Part shown: piece by piece, positions 30,237 through 40,722 of the stretch
Layout: every line of letters starts with the position of its first letter
Position numbering within the stretch: position 1 is the first letter of the stretch
Source of the DNA: Betaproteobacteria bacterium
GTDB lineage: Bacteria; Pseudomonadota; Gammaproteobacteria; Burkholderiales; SG8-41
NCBI GenBank assembly: GCA_025360445.1
Contig: JANYCE010000322.1
Span: 1-45,549, forward strand
Direction of reading: 5' to 3'
DNA length: 45,549 nt
Made by a program: the position numbers and the translations under genes
Notes under the pieces: generated by a model
Database searches by the model: none
The model's input: only the letters and a program-made list of their open reading frames with translations
What the model was told of the DNA's origin: nothing

Positions 30237-31608
30237 GGGCCGCCTCGCTTCTGACTGCGCCGGCAAATACGTCGCCGCGATGTCCGTAATTCTTGAACAT
30301 GTCGTAACTCGCGCACGCCGGCGATAACAACACCACATCGCCCTCGAGGCTCAGCGCTCGCGCAAGCCGCACCGCCTCTTCCATGTCGGCGGCGCGTTTG
30401 ACGGTGACACCAGTGCCGTCGACGACCTTGGCGATCTGTTCGCGGTCGCGCCCGATCAATACGATCGCGCGCGCGCGGCGTTGCACAGGCTCGCGCAGCG
30501 GACTGAAGTCCTGGCCCTTGCCGTCGCCGCCGGCTATCAACACCACGGGGCGCGAAAATCCGAGCAGCGCGGCCACCGTCGAGCCAACGTTCGTACCTTT
30601 GGAGTCGTCGTAATAGGTGACGCCGTTAATAACCGCAATTTTTTCGACCCGATGCGGCAATCCTTTGTACGCGCGCCACGCCGTGACAATGGGTGCGTCC
30701 GCAATACCGATGGCGTGGCAGAGCGCGCCGGCGGCCAACGCATTCGCCGCGTTATGCAAGCCGGCGACGGGCAGATCGCTAATCGGCATTAACACCTGCG
30801 CGCCGCGTGCCAGCGACAACCGGCCCGCGTGCTCCGCTATACCCCATGCGCTGTCAGCCGCCGGTGCGTCTGTGCCGAAAGTCCACACTTCTTTACCCGG
30901 CTGCGCCAGCGCTGCGCTGCGCGCGTCTTGCCGATTGATCACCTGCGCGCCACGACCGTGAAACACGCGCGCTTTAGCCGCAACGTAATTCTCAATGCCG
31001 TCATGGCGGTCGAGGTGGTCTTCAGACACGTTAAGCAAAGTGGCCGCGTCCGCCTCAAGGCTGGTCGTCGCCTCTAACTGAAAACTCGACAACTCGAGCA
31101 CGAATGCGTCAGGCGCGCGGCGCCCGTCTTCGATTGCGCTTAACGTGTCGAGCACCGGGGTACCGATGTTGCCGGCGATTACGGTGTTGTAACCGGCTGC
31201 CACGCAAATGTCGCCCGCCATTTGGGTGACGGTGCTTTTACCGTTGGTGCCGGTGATGGCGATGATTTTGGGTTGAGTGGACATCGACTGCGGCAACGCC
31301 TGCGCAAAAAGCTCGACGTCGCCGACAATCGGCACGCCGCGCGCCATGGCGGCCACAATCGCCGGCGCGCGACGATCAATGCCCGGACTGATCGCGATTA
31401 AATCGGCAGCGCACAACCGGTCGGCGCGCAGTTCGCCACGCTCAAGCGGTACGTCGGGCAACTCGCGGCGCAACGCGGCGGCCCGCGGCGGCTCGGCCCG
31501 CGTATCGGCGGCCGACACAATGGCGCCATGCCGCGCAAGCCAGCGCGTCATCGACAGCCCGGTGTCTCCGAGTCCGAGTACCAACACTTTTTTACCTCTC
31601 ACATCCAT
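30229..31608 (-). CDS. murD: UDP-N-acetylmuramoylalanine--D-glutamate ligase
   Basis: N-terminal Rossmann motif [10 protein letters not shown] and Mur ligase P-loop GTNGKST. Confidence 0.95.
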   Translation of the reverse strand: MDVRGKKVLVLGLGDTGLSMTRWLARHGAIVSAADTRAEPPRAAALRRELPDVPLERGELRADRLCAADLIAISPGIDRRAPAIVAAMARGVPIVGDVELFAQALPQSMSTQPKIIAITGTNGKSTVTQMAGDICVAAGYNTVIAGNIGTPVLDTLSAIEDGRRAPDAFVLELSSFQLEATTSLEADAATLLNVSEDHLDRHDGIENYVAAKARVFHGRGAQVINRQDARSAALAQPGKEVWTFGTDAPAADSAWGIAEHAGRLSLARGAQVLMPISDLPVAGLHNAANALAAGALCHAIGIADAPIVTAWRAYKGLPHRVEKIAVINGVTYYDDSKGTNVGSTVAALLGFSRPVVLIAGGDGKGQDFSPLREPVQRRARAIVLIGRDREQIAKVVDGTGVTVKRAADMEEAVRLARALSLEGDVVLLSPACASYDMFKNYGHRGDVFAGAVRSEAARG

Positions 31609-31632
31609 ATGCGTTCATCTGCATGGCGCGCC

Positions 31633-32718
31633 CTAGCGTAACTTCAGGGTCGACAACCCAACGAGAATCAGCATCATCGTGATGATCCAAAAACGAACGA
31701 CCACTTGATTCTCCTTCCAACCCTTTAATTCGTAGTGATGGTGCAGCGGCGCCATTCGGAAAATTCGCTTGCCAGTCAATTTGAATGAAGCGACCTGCAA
31801 TACAACGGACAGTGTTTCGACAACAAACACGCCGCCCATGATGAAGAGCACGATTTCCTGGCGCACGATGACGGCGATGGTGCCGAGCGCCGCCCCCAGG
31901 GCGAGCGCGCCTACATCGCCCATAAACACTTCGGCGGGGTAGGCGTTGAACCACAGGAAAGCGAGGCCCGCGCCCGCCAATGCGCCGCATACAACTGCCA
32001 ACTCGCCGGCGCCGGGAATATGCGGAAACACCAAATATTTAGCGAACACCGCGTTACCGGCTACATACGCAAAAACGCCGAGCGCGCTCGCAATCATCAC
32101 GGTTGGCATGATGGCGAGACCGTCGAGGCCGTCGGTCAGATTGACTGCATTACTGGTGCCGACAATTACCAAATACGTCAATGTGATAAATCCATAAACG
32201 CCGAGCGGATACGCGATGTTCTTGAAGAACGGCACGATGAATTCCGTTTGCGCCGGGAGGTTTGTGCTGAACGCAATTACGCACGCGACGGTGAGTCCTA
32301 CCACCGACTGCCAGAAAAATTTCGCGCGCGCCGACAAGCCTTTGGGATTGCGGTGCACGACCTTACGGTAGTCATCGACCCAGCCGATCGCGCCAAACCC
32401 GACGGTCGCAGCGAGGACCACCCAGACGAACCGGTTTTCGAGGTCTGCCCACAACAAAGTCGTCACTACCACCGAGACCAGGATCAAAGCGCCGCCCATC
32501 GTAGGCGTGCCGGCTTTAGGCAAATGTGACGGCGGACCGTCGGTGCGAACCGACTGGCCGATTTTGTACGAAGTGAGCCGCCGAATCATGGTGGGGCCGA
32601 TCATGAACGTCATCAGCAAGGCGGTCAGGCACGCGAGCACCGCGCGCAACGTGATATAGCTGAACACGTTGAACGCGCGTATGTCTTTTGCGAGCCACTG
32701 CGCGAGTTCTAGCAGCAT
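31633..32718 (-). CDS. mraY: Phospho-N-acetylmuramoyl-pentapeptide transferase
   Basis: The canonical N-terminus [22 protein letters not shown] begins at the 15th codon of the track [13 protein letters not shown] and the HHHYE motif are present. Confidence 0.95.
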   Translation of the reverse strand: MLLELAQWLAKDIRAFNVFSYITLRAVLACLTALLMTFMIGPTMIRRLTSYKIGQSVRTDGPPSHLPKAGTPTMGGALILVSVVVTTLLWADLENRFVWVVLAATVGFGAIGWVDDYRKVVHRNPKGLSARAKFFWQSVVGLTVACVIAFSTNLPAQTEFIVPFFKNIAYPLGVYGFITLTYLVIVGTSNAVNLTDGLDGLAIMPTVMIASALGVFAYVAGNAVFAKYLVFPHIPGAGELAVVCGALAGAGLAFLWFNAYPAEVFMGDVGALALGAALGTIAVIVRQEIVLFIMGGVFVVETLSVVLQVASFKLTGKRIFRMAPLHHHYELKGWKENQVVVRFWIITMMLILVGLSTLKLR

Positions 32719-32782
32719 TGACGACCTCTGATTGGCAATGTTGCGTAAATCGTGCGGCATTCATGCAAAAGCTCCAAACGCA

Positions 32783-34177
32783 TCAGTGAACCCCTGCCCC
32801 TGCCGCATCGGCGGCAATTTCAAATTTTTTTATGACGCGCTCCATCTGCATGGACCGCGATCCCTTCACGAGCATCGTCACCCGCGGCGCGAGCACGTTG
32901 TCAATTTCCGCCAGCAGATCTTCGATGCGCTCGAAATGGCGCGCGCCCGTGCCGAATGCGGCGGTCGCCTGCGCGGACAACGTGCCGAGCGTGAACAGCA
33001 CGCTGATGCCTGCGTCTCTCGCGTACTCGCCGATTTGCGCATGCATCGCAGCGGCGGCGGGGCCAAGCTCGCCCATGTCGCCGATGACAAGCAGTTTCTG
33101 TCCGGCTGCGCTCGCGAGCACGTTGATTGCGGCGCGCATCGAATCCGGATTTGCGTTGTAGGTGTCGTCGATCAAAATCGCGCCGTGGCACCCGTGTTTC
33201 TTCTGCAGCCGGCCTTTGGTGCCGCTAAAGCGCGCAAGACCTGCAGCGACGGTTGCCACCGGCACTGCAAGCACTGTGGCGGCCGCACTGGCGGCGAGTG
33301 CATTGCGCACGTTGTGCAGTCCCGGCGCTGACACCACCGCGCGAGCCGAGCCCGTCGGCGTCGTCAGTACAATTTCACTTTCGAATGGGTGCAGTTGATA
33401 TGTCGCAGTGACGGCGGCTGAGGCCTCGAGCGCGAACTCAATCTGGCGCGCATCCGCGGCTGACGACCGCCACAGCGGCGCGAATGGATCGTCGGCATTA
33501 ATTACCGCCGTACCACCGGCCCTAAGGCCCTCGAAAATTTCGCCCTTGGCGCGCGCAATCGCTTCTGCGGAGCCGAGATTTTCCATGTGTGCGACACCCG
33601 CATTGTTGATGACCGCCACCGTCGGCTCCGCCATGCGGGAAACATGACTTATTTCGCCGGCGTGATTCATGCCCATTTCGACCACTGCGTAATGATGCTC
33701 GCGGCGCAACTCGAGCAGCGTCAACGGGACGCCGATGTGGTTGTTGAGATTGCCGCGCGTCGCGAGCACGCCGGCGTCCCCATCTTCGCTTGGGGTCTCT
33801 GAATTCACCGCTGCGCGCAGAATCGACGCCAGCATATCTTTGACGGTGGTCTTGCCGTTGCTGCCGGTCACCGCGATGAGCGGGATGTCGAATTGGCGCC
33901 GCCAGTAATTACCGAGACGGCCAAGTGCCTGCGTCGTATCGTCGACGACGATTTGCGGCAGCGCCACGTCGCTCGCGCGTTCGACGAGCAAACCCGCGGC
34001 GCCGGCGGCCGCCGCTTGCGCGAGAAATGCGTGCGCATCGAAGCGTTCACCTTTTAGCGCAACAAACAGATCACCGCGCTTCACCGCGCGGCTATCAGTG
34101 CACACAGCGTCAAACTCGGCGTCATTGCCCGTGTACTGGGCGCCGAGCGCCGTAGCTGCCTGCGAGATTCGCATCAT
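32783..34177 (-). CDS. murF: UDP-N-acetylmuramoyl-tripeptide--D-alanyl-D-alanine ligase
   Basis: Mur ligase domains (VTGSNGKTT). The start overlaps the murE stop (ATGA). Confidence 0.95.
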   Translation of the reverse strand: MMRISQAATALGAQYTGNDAEFDAVCTDSRAVKRGDLFVALKGERFDAHAFLAQAAAAGAAGLLVERASDVALPQIVVDDTTQALGRLGNYWRRQFDIPLIAVTGSNGKTTVKDMLASILRAAVNSETPSEDGDAGVLATRGNLNNHIGVPLTLLELRREHHYAVVEMGMNHAGEISHVSRMAEPTVAVINNAGVAHMENLGSAEAIARAKGEIFEGLRAGGTAVINADDPFAPLWRSSAADARQIEFALEASAAVTATYQLHPFESEIVLTTPTGSARAVVSAPGLHNVRNALAASAAATVLAVPVATVAAGLARFSGTKGRLQKKHGCHGAILIDDTYNANPDSMRAAINVLASAAGQKLLVIGDMGELGPAAAAMHAQIGEYARDAGISVLFTLGTLSAQATAAFGTGARHFERIEDLLAEIDNVLAPRVTMLVKGSRSMQMERVIKKFEIAADAAGAGVH

Positions 34178-35634
34178 GAAGGCCGCCTGGCGAGAGCCGC
34201 ACGCGCCACGGCTACGTCGCTGAAGGGCCGTTTAACCCCGTTGATTTCCTGATAGGTCTCATGGCCCTTGCCGGCGACAAGCACGATATCGCCACGCCGC
34301 GCCTGGCTTACGGCCAGCGCAATCGCTCGCCTGCGGTCTGGTTCAACAAGGCAGTCGCCACGCGCACCCTGGCGTATGGCGGCGATGATTTTGAGCGGAT
34401 CTTCGCTGCGCGGATTATCACTCGTGATCACGACGCTATCGGCAAGGCGCGTCACCACGGCGCCCATCAGCGGGCGCTTGCCGCGATCGCGATCGCCGCC
34501 GCAGCCGAACACGCACACGATGCGCGCATCGCTGCCGGCAGTCAGCTCGCGCAGGCTGGATAAAACCTGTTCGAGCGCATCAGGCGAGTGCGCGTAATCG
34601 ACGACGACAAGCGGTTGCCGGCCGCCGCCCAGTTTCTGCATGCGCCCGGGCACCGCACGCAGTTTGCCGAGCGCTGCCACCGCATCGGCGAATTGAACCT
34701 CGCTGGCGAGCAACGTCGCGAGCGAGCCGAGCAGGTTTGACGCGTTATGCCGGCCGATCAACGGGCTCTCGATGGTTGCGCTACCCCACGGCGTACGCAC
34801 GTCGAAGCGCATGCCGGCTGTGCGCGCGGCAAAATTAGCGCCTGCCACGCGTGGCAGGCGGCGCGCGTCCTTGCAACGCTGACCAAATCCATAGCCGATG
34901 ACGGCAAGCCCGCGCCGCTTGACCTGTTGCGCGAGTTCGCGACCGAAGTCGTCATCGAGATTAACGATGGCATGCTTGAGCGATTCACACTCGAACAGCC
35001 GCAGCTTGGCGCGCCGGTAACGATGCATCGTGCGGTGATAGTCGAGGTGGTCGCGCGTCAGATTGGTAAACAGCGCGGCATCGAACTGCACTCCGGCGAC
35101 CCGGTCCTGGTCGAGTCCGATCGAAGAAACTTCCATGCTCACCGCGCGCGCACCGCGGCGCAGAAAGTCGGCGAGTTGCGCGTGCAGCCACACGGCATCG
35201 GGCGTCGTGTTGACGAGCGGGTGAAGCGTGCGACGCAATCCGTATCCAAGCGTGCCAATGACGCCGGTGCGTGTGCCGGATCGGTTAAGCGCCTGCGCGA
35301 TCCATTGGCTGCAGGTCGTCTTGCCATTGGTGCCGGTCACGCCGACCATCCACAGCCGCGCGCTCGGCTCTGCGTAAACGCGGCTGGCGATGAGGCCCGC
35401 GCACGCACGCAGTTGCGTGACGCCGAGGTTCGGCACCATCCACTCGCGGTTCCAGCGAAACCCGCGCTTCTCCCACAGCACCGCGTTGGCGCCACGCTCA
35501 AGCGCCTGCGCTATATAGCGCCGGCCGTCCTGCGTTTCGCCGGGATAAGCAACGAAAGTGTCGCCGCGTTTGATGCACCGGCTGTCGGTGACTAACCGCT
35601 TCATCTTTAAATTGTCGAGAGTGGCGGGATTCAT
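34174..35634 (-). CDS. murE: UDP-N-acetylmuramoyl-L-alanyl-D-glutamate--2,6-diaminopimelate ligase
   Basis: Mur ligase P-loop VTGTNGKTT and the DNPR motif (TSDNPRSEDP) typical of meso-DAP-adding enzymes. Confidence 0.95.
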   Translation of the reverse strand: MNPATLDNLKMKRLVTDSRCIKRGDTFVAYPGETQDGRRYIAQALERGANAVLWEKRGFRWNREWMVPNLGVTQLRACAGLIASRVYAEPSARLWMVGVTGTNGKTTCSQWIAQALNRSGTRTGVIGTLGYGLRRTLHPLVNTTPDAVWLHAQLADFLRRGARAVSMEVSSIGLDQDRVAGVQFDAALFTNLTRDHLDYHRTMHRYRRAKLRLFECESLKHAIVNLDDDFGRELAQQVKRRGLAVIGYGFGQRCKDARRLPRVAGANFAARTAGMRFDVRTPWGSATIESPLIGRHNASNLLGSLATLLASEVQFADAVAALGKLRAVPGRMQKLGGGRQPLVVVDYAHSPDALEQVLSSLRELTAGSDARIVCVFGCGGDRDRGKRPLMGAVVTRLADSVVITSDNPRSEDPLKIIAAIRQGARGDCLVEPDRRRAIALAVSQARRGDIVLVAGKGHETYQEINGVKRPFSDVAVARAALARRPS

Positions 35635-37361
35635 ACTTCCTCGCGTATCTCGGGTGCATCGGGCGGCGGCAGCACCACGTTATTCATCGGCGCGTCGGGC
35701 TTGACCCCCAACAGACGCAACGAGCCCGCCATGACGCTGCTAAACACGGGCGCTGCAACGGTGCCGCCGTAGTACTGACCGGCGCCCGGCTCGTCGAGCA
35801 TCACGGCCACGATCAGGCGCGGCGCGGACGCCGGCGCAAAACCAATGAATGACGACACATATTTATGCGCGGCATACGTGGCGCCGTCGAGCTTGTGTGC
35901 AGTGCCGGTTTTGCCGGCCACGCGATAGCCGGTAATTTGCGCGCGCGGCGCAGTACCGCCCGGCTGCACGACAAGTTCGAGCATCTTGCGCACCTGCACG
36001 GCGGTTTCCGCGGAAATCACGCGCGTCGACGCCGCCGCCGTGTTGAGCTTGACGACCGTGACGGGCTTGATTTCACCCTCGCTCGCAAACACGAGATACG
36101 CACGTGCGAGTTGCAACAGGCTCATTGATATGCCATGGCCATACGACATCGTCGCCTGCTCGATCGGCCGCCAGCTTTCGTACGCGCGCAGCTTGCCCGC
36201 CACTTCGCCCGGAAACCCGGAGCGCGGCTGGGTGCCGAAACCGACCTGGCTAAAAATGTCCCACAACTTTTCGGCGGGCAACGCGAGCGCAATCTTGGCA
36301 GCGCCGACGTTGGATGACTTTTGAATGACTTGGGCAACCGTCAGTGCGCCAGCGGGATGCGCGTCATGAATGGTTGCCCTGCCAATCATGAGCTGCCCTG
36401 TTCCCGTCTGTACGACCGTGTCGGGTTTGTACAGCCCGCTTTCTATCGCTGCTGCGACCGTAAACGGTTTCAGCGTCGAGCCCGGCTCGAACAAATCGGT
36501 CACCGTGCGATTACGCGTGCGGCGCGGGTCGAGCTTGCCGCGATTGTTCGGGTTGTACGATGGAAGATTGGCCATCGCGAGCACTTCGCCCGTCGCCACA
36601 TCGAGGACCACGATGCCGCCGGCTTTCGCGCGATTTGCATCGACCGCGTTTTTCAGTTCGCGATAGGCGAGATACTGAATTTTTGCATCAATCGACAAGG
36701 CGAGCTCGCGTCCCTGCTGCGGCAGGCGCACACTTTCAACGTCCTCGACTATGCGCCCGAGGCGATCCTTGATAACGCGCCGGCTGCCGGCCTTACCTGC
36801 AAGCTCTTTGTCGAACGCGAGCTCGAGCGCCTCCTGCCCCTGATCGTCGACATTGGTGAAACCGATCAGATGCGCAAAATATTCGCTGCCCGGATAGTAG
36901 CGGCGATATTCGCGCTGCAGAAACATGCCCGGAACGTTGAGTTCGACAATCTTGGCGGCCTGATCGGGCGGCAAATGGCGCTTCAGATAAACAAAGTCCC
37001 GACTCGAGTCGGCAAGCCGCCTTCGAATTTCTGCCGGATCGAGTTCAAGCAGCTGCGACAGACGCTTCATCTGCGCAGCCGAGATATTAGCGTCCGCCGG
37101 ACTGGCCCACACCGACTCGACCGGCGTGGATATGGCGAGCGGTTCGCGGTTGCGGTCGGTGATCATGCCGCGCGTAGCCGACAGCGCGATCACGCGGCCG
37201 TAACGTGCATCGCCCTTTTTTTGCAGAAAATTATGATGAAGTCCCTGGTGGTAGACGGCTCGCCCGAGCAAAACCACAAACCCCGCGAGCAGCAAAAGGA
37301 GCAGCGTGCGCGAGCGCCAGCCCGGCAGGTTGATCGCAATGGCGGGCGTCCGCACGCTCAT
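35631..37361 (-). CDS. ftsI: Peptidoglycan D,D-transpeptidase FtsI (PBP3)
   Basis: N-terminal TM anchor and class B PBP motifs STLK, SSN and KTGT. Confidence 0.95.
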   Translation of the reverse strand: MSVRTPAIAINLPGWRSRTLLLLLLAGFVVLLGRAVYHQGLHHNFLQKKGDARYGRVIALSATRGMITDRNREPLAISTPVESVWASPADANISAAQMKRLSQLLELDPAEIRRRLADSSRDFVYLKRHLPPDQAAKIVELNVPGMFLQREYRRYYPGSEYFAHLIGFTNVDDQGQEALELAFDKELAGKAGSRRVIKDRLGRIVEDVESVRLPQQGRELALSIDAKIQYLAYRELKNAVDANRAKAGGIVVLDVATGEVLAMANLPSYNPNNRGKLDPRRTRNRTVTDLFEPGSTLKPFTVAAAIESGLYKPDTVVQTGTGQLMIGRATIHDAHPAGALTVAQVIQKSSNVGAAKIALALPAEKLWDIFSQVGFGTQPRSGFPGEVAGKLRAYESWRPIEQATMSYGHGISMSLLQLARAYLVFASEGEIKPVTVVKLNTAAASTRVISAETAVQVRKMLELVVQPGGTAPRAQITGYRVAGKTGTAHKLDGATYAAHKYVSSFIGFAPASAPRLIVAVMLDEPGAGQYYGGTVAAPVFSSVMAGSLRLLGVKPDAPMNNVVLPPPDAPEIREEV

Positions 37362-37633
37362 TTGGCGGCCTCAGGCGCGACGATTTGCAGGCGGCCGGCC
37401 GGCGGCACGCGCATCATCAATTGCCCGCTGGCTATTTTTTCAACCCGCGCGTGCATGGCCCAGGTGCTTTGCTCTAACTGCAGCTGGCCCCACTCGACTT
37501 CGAGCTGCTTGGCAAGATCCTGTTGTTTTTGCAGTTCGACATATAACTTGCGCGCCTTGTGCTGCGAGGTCACAACAGACAGCGCGCAAACAAGCAGTAT
37601 CGCGAGCAAAATCAGGTTGACGCGCACCATCAT
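37358..37633 (-). CDS. ftsL: Cell division protein FtsL
   Basis: 91-aa bitopic protein (TM helix plus coiled coil) between rsmH and ftsI, with ATGA overlaps on both sides. Confidence 0.88.
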   Translation of the reverse strand: MMVRVNLILLAILLVCALSVVTSQHKARKLYVELQKQQDLAKQLEVEWGQLQLEQSTWAMHARVEKIASGQLMMRVPPAGRLQIVAPEAAK

Positions 37634-38568
37634 GCGAACGCCTCGCGATTGCGCTCGGCCACGCGCATGACTGCACTGCGCGCGCGCGGATTGACGGCGA
37701 CTTCGTCATGCGCGGGGCGCTGCAGCTTGCCAATGAGGCTCAACTTTGGATGCGGCAGGTCGGCTGCCCGCAGCGGTAATCGCGCCGGCATTTGCGGCGG
37801 CTGCGATTGTTCGCGCATGAAGCGCTTGACGATGCGATCTTCGAGCGAATGAAAACTGATCGCCACGAGCCGTCCTTCAGGCGCCAGTGCCGCGACGCAT
37901 TGAGGCAGGACGTTGGTCAACTCCTCAAGCTCCTGATTGATGTAAATCCGTAAAGCCTGAAAGGTCCGCGTCGCTGGATTCTGCCCCGGCTCGCGTGTGC
38001 GAACAGCTTTGGCAACGAGCCCGGCCAGTTCGCGCGTGGTCGCGACTGGCTGCCCCGCTCGTGCTGCAACAATCGCTGCTGCAATCTGCTTAGCAAACCG
38101 TTCTTCGCCATAGCTGCGAATAACCTCCCTTATTTCCTGCTCGGGCGCATCGGCGAGCCACTGCGCGACGGTTGCGCCGTTGCTGGTGTCCATGCGCATG
38201 TCGAGCGGCGCATCGACGCGAAAACTAAATCCGCGCGCGCCGTCGTCGAGCTGCGGCGACGACACGCCCAGATCGAGCAGGATGCCGTCAACGTGCGCAA
38301 CGCCGCAGGCATCGAGCACATCGCGCAAAGCGCTGAAGTTTCGATGCACAAGTGTGAGCCGCTCATCGTCAATGCCCCCGTGTGCTGCGATTGCTGCGGG
38401 ATCCCGATCCATCGCAATCAACCGCCCGTGCTTACCCAAACGCGCCAATGTTTCGCGACTATGTCCGCCGCGCCCGAACGTGCAGTCGACATAAACGCCA
38501 TCCGCCCGAACTCTTAATCCTTCTACCGCCGCCTGCAGCAAAACCGGGGTGTGCGACCCCGGACTCAC
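37630..38568 (-). CDS. rsmH: 16S rRNA (cytosine1402-N4)-methyltransferase
   Basis: HTPVLL...[10 protein letters not shown] and [10 protein letters not shown] motifs. GTG start overlapping the mraZ stop. Confidence 0.95.
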   Translation of the reverse strand: MSPGSHTPVLLQAAVEGLRVRADGVYVDCTFGRGGHSRETLARLGKHGRLIAMDRDPAAIAAHGGIDDERLTLVHRNFSALRDVLDACGVAHVDGILLDLGVSSPQLDDGARGFSFRVDAPLDMRMDTSNGATVAQWLADAPEQEIREVIRSYGEERFAKQIAAAIVAARAGQPVATTRELAGLVAKAVRTREPGQNPATRTFQALRIYINQELEELTNVLPQCVAALAPEGRLVAISFHSLEDRIVKRFMREQSQPPQMPARLPLRAADLPHPKLSLIGKLQRPAHDEVAVNPRARSAVMRVAERNREAFA

Positions 38569-39011
38569 AACGAGAAACCCTCCAGTTCAGGCGGCAAATC
38601 GCCATCGCTGAAGCCCTTCCCGCGCGCCAGCACCTGTTCCCACTTTTCCTGGTCCCACAACTCAAATCTGTGGCCTTGCCCGACGAACACCACGCTTTTA
38701 TTTAACCCCGCGAAGTTGCGCAGCGCGGGCGACACCAGCACCCGGCCAGCCGCGTCCATGTCAATGTCTTCGGCGTAACCGATAAGTTGGCGCTGCAAAT
38801 CGCGGATGCGGGGATTAAGACTTGAGAGGCCCATCAGCTTTTCCTGAATTGGCTCCCAGTCGGGCTGCGGGTAAATCAGCAGGCACTTGTCCGCGTCCGC
38901 CGTGATGACCAGGCGTCCGGCGCAGCGCACGATCAACGCCTCGCGATAACGCGAAGGCACCGTCAGACGGCCTTTGCTGTCCAAGTTCAATTGGGCTACA
39001 CCGCGGAACAC
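38565..39011 (-). CDS. mraZ: Transcriptional regulator MraZ
   Basis: The canonical N-terminus (M)[22 protein letters not shown] begins at GTG 39011, which has GGGGGA just upstream. The track ORF start (GTG 39062) lies inside the operator repeats. Two SpoVT/AbrB-like halves. Confidence 0.92.
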   Translation of the reverse strand: MFRGVAQLNLDSKGRLTVPSRYREALIVRCAGRLVITADADKCLLIYPQPDWEPIQEKLMGLSSLNPRIRDLQRQLIGYAEDIDMDAAGRVLVSPALRNFAGLNKSVVFVGQGHRFELWDQEKWEQVLARGKGFSDGDLPPELEGFSL

Positions 39012-39047
39012 ATTTCCCCCAATAAAGGCGGCAGGTGCAGGCAATTT

Positions 39048-39072
39048 CCCACTTTTTCCCACCGTTGCCCAC
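39048..39072 (-). promoter_or_regulatory. MraZ operator: three direct GTGGG repeats with 10-bp periodicity
   Basis: The minus strand reads GTGGGcaacgGTGGGaaaaaGTGGGaaatt. The plus-strand CCCAC copies are at 39048-52, 39058-62 and 39068-72. The repeats start at the edge of the -10 element. Confidence 0.7.
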
Positions 39073-39099
39073 TATATGAAAAAGAGATAGCGAGGTCAA
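39071..39099 (-). promoter_or_regulatory. Candidate dcw promoter (Pmra-like): TTGACC-17 nt-TATAGT
   Basis: The -35 TTGACC is the plus-strand ggtcaa at 39094-39099 and the -10 TATAGT is actata at 39071-39076, with an exactly 17-nt spacer. The -10 lies about 60 nt upstream of the mraZ GTG. Confidence 0.6.
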
Positions 39100-39258
39100 G
39101 CAGAGAGAATCAATATTGTGTTTTCAGGACAAGGACTTATCCGCGAATACTCGCGCCAGATGACCTTTGAAAAAAAATTTGCATTTGAAACAATTGGCTG
39201 CGGAATTAGATGAATGCGTTACATTAATGTTGCAGTCAAAGAATCAACGAGTTAGCCC

Positions 39259-39304
39259 CGCTTCCGGCGTTGTTAAAAAACAACAGCCTGGAAGCGCAGT
39301 TTTT
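39259..39304 (+). terminator. Orphan intrinsic-terminator-like hairpin plus U-tract on the plus strand
   Basis: About 15-bp stem (39259-39274 pairs with 39282-39296; one bulge, two G-U pairs) with an A-rich loop, then CAG and TTTTT (39300-39304). No annotated plus-strand gene lies upstream. Confidence 0.5.
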
Positions 39305-39606
39305 GCGAACCACGCGTTTATTGGTCGGGAGCCAGCATCCCGAAGTGAGAACTAACATCGCTGGTTAGAGTGTCAGGACGCGCATTCCTGCGCCGGGTAA
39401 TGAGTGCACTCCGGGGCCGCCAACTGCAATCCTCTAGGCGCAGGCCTCATGGCTCCATAAGGGCGCAATAATTGTCGACTTTTTCACGAGAACTGACGAC
39501 GCAGGACGCGACCGACGCCCCCGTTCAAGCCCTCAATTAATGCTTAGGCAACCACCCATCGGGGGCGATTTTGGTCTTCATTCGGATATGCGAACGTTGT
39601 CCCGCG

Positions 39607-40665
39607 TCATAACGCTTCAGCGATCGCCTTGCCCATTTCATGCGTAGAGGATTTTCCGCCAACATCGCGCGTGCGCGGTCCTTCAACGAGAATCGCCTCG
39701 ACTGCGTCGACGATTGCTTTGGCCGCATCGGCGTGTCCGAGATGTTCGAGCATCATTGCGCCCGACCATATCTGCCCGACCGGATTGGCGATGGCTTTGC
39801 CGTAAATGTCCGGCGCCGAGCCATGTACCGGTTCGAAGAGCGACGGAAATTCGCGCTCGGGATTGATGTTCGCGGAGGGCGCAATGCCAATGGTGCCGGT
39901 GCACGCCGGGCCGAGATCCGACAGGATGTCCCCGAACAGATTGGAACCGACGACGACATCAAACCAATCCGGATGCATCACAAAATGCGCTGACAGTATG
40001 TCGATGTGATATTGGTCGGTTTTGATGTCTGGATACTGCGCCGCCATGGCTTTAAAGCGCTCGTCCCAGTACGGCATTGTGATCGATATGCCATTGGACT
40101 TGGTCGCTGAAGTCACGTGTTTCTTTTTTCCCTTCTTCGCCAGCTCGAACGCATACCGCATGATACGGTCGGTACCGCGGCGCGAGAAGATCGCCTGCTG
40201 AGTCGCAAATTCGTCGTCGGTTCCCGCATACATGCGCCCGCCGATCGATGAATACTCGCCTTCGCTGTTTTCGCGCACAACCCAGAAGTCGATATCGCCA
40301 GGCTTGCGATCGGCCAGCGGACACTTCACGCCGGGCATCAAACGCACCGGCCGTAAATTGACGTACTGCTGGAACTCGCGCCGAAACGGAATCAACAAAC
40401 CCCACAGCGAAATGTGATCGGGCACCGTCGCGGGCCAGCCGGCAGCACCAAAAAATACGGCATCGTGCCGGCGCACCTGTTGGAGTCCATCCTCCGGCAT
40501 CATGCGGCCGTGCTTCGCGTAATAATCACAGCTCCAGTCGAACTCATCGAACTGCAATTCGAAACCAAATTTCCGCGCTGCCGCCTCGAGCACGCGGACA
40601 CCTTCGGGCCCCGTTTCCTTGCCGATGCCATCGCCGGGTATATACGCGATTTTATATTTCTTCAT
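39607..40665 (-). CDS. Tartrate dehydrogenase/decarboxylase / D-malate dehydrogenase (isocitrate/isopropylmalate dehydrogenase family)
   Basis: 352-aa beta-decarboxylating dehydrogenase (IPGDGIGKE..., NLFGDILSDL). The overall sequence resembles TtuC/DmlA-type enzymes. AAGGA Shine-Dalgarno 6 nt upstream of the ATG. Confidence 0.88.
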   Translation of the reverse strand: MKKYKIAYIPGDGIGKETGPEGVRVLEAAARKFGFELQFDEFDWSCDYYAKHGRMMPEDGLQQVRRHDAVFFGAAGWPATVPDHISLWGLLIPFRREFQQYVNLRPVRLMPGVKCPLADRKPGDIDFWVVRENSEGEYSSIGGRMYAGTDDEFATQQAIFSRRGTDRIMRYAFELAKKGKKKHVTSATKSNGISITMPYWDERFKAMAAQYPDIKTDQYHIDILSAHFVMHPDWFDVVVGSNLFGDILSDLGPACTGTIGIAPSANINPEREFPSLFEPVHGSAPDIYGKAIANPVGQIWSGAMMLEHLGHADAAKAIVDAVEAILVEGPRTRDVGGKSSTHEMGKAIAEAL

Positions 40666-40722
40666 AAGCGTCCTTAGCCGTAAACCATCGTTGATCGTAC
40701 GTGAATCGCGCTCATCGGAAAT

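Noticed and set aside
36321-37670. 449-aa plus-strand ORF antisense to ftsI/ftsL. Similar long shadow ORFs are 25204-26358 (+), 43197-44261 (-), 8999-9832 (-), 34747-35595 (+), 3299-4105 (+), 22953-23645 (+) and 23971-24750 (+).
   Set aside because: All lie opposite or out of frame to genes with unmistakable conserved products. Their translations are Arg/Ala/Pro/Gly-rich low-complexity strings with no recognisable motifs. Long stop-free antisense frames are expected in GC-rich DNA.
39167-39355. 62-aa plus-strand ORF in the spacer upstream of mraZ.
   Set aside because: It has a TTG start with no Shine-Dalgarno. It reads straight through the long hairpin and T-tract at 39259-39304, and its sequence changes from AT-rich to GC-rich composition midway. 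It is more likely non-coding.
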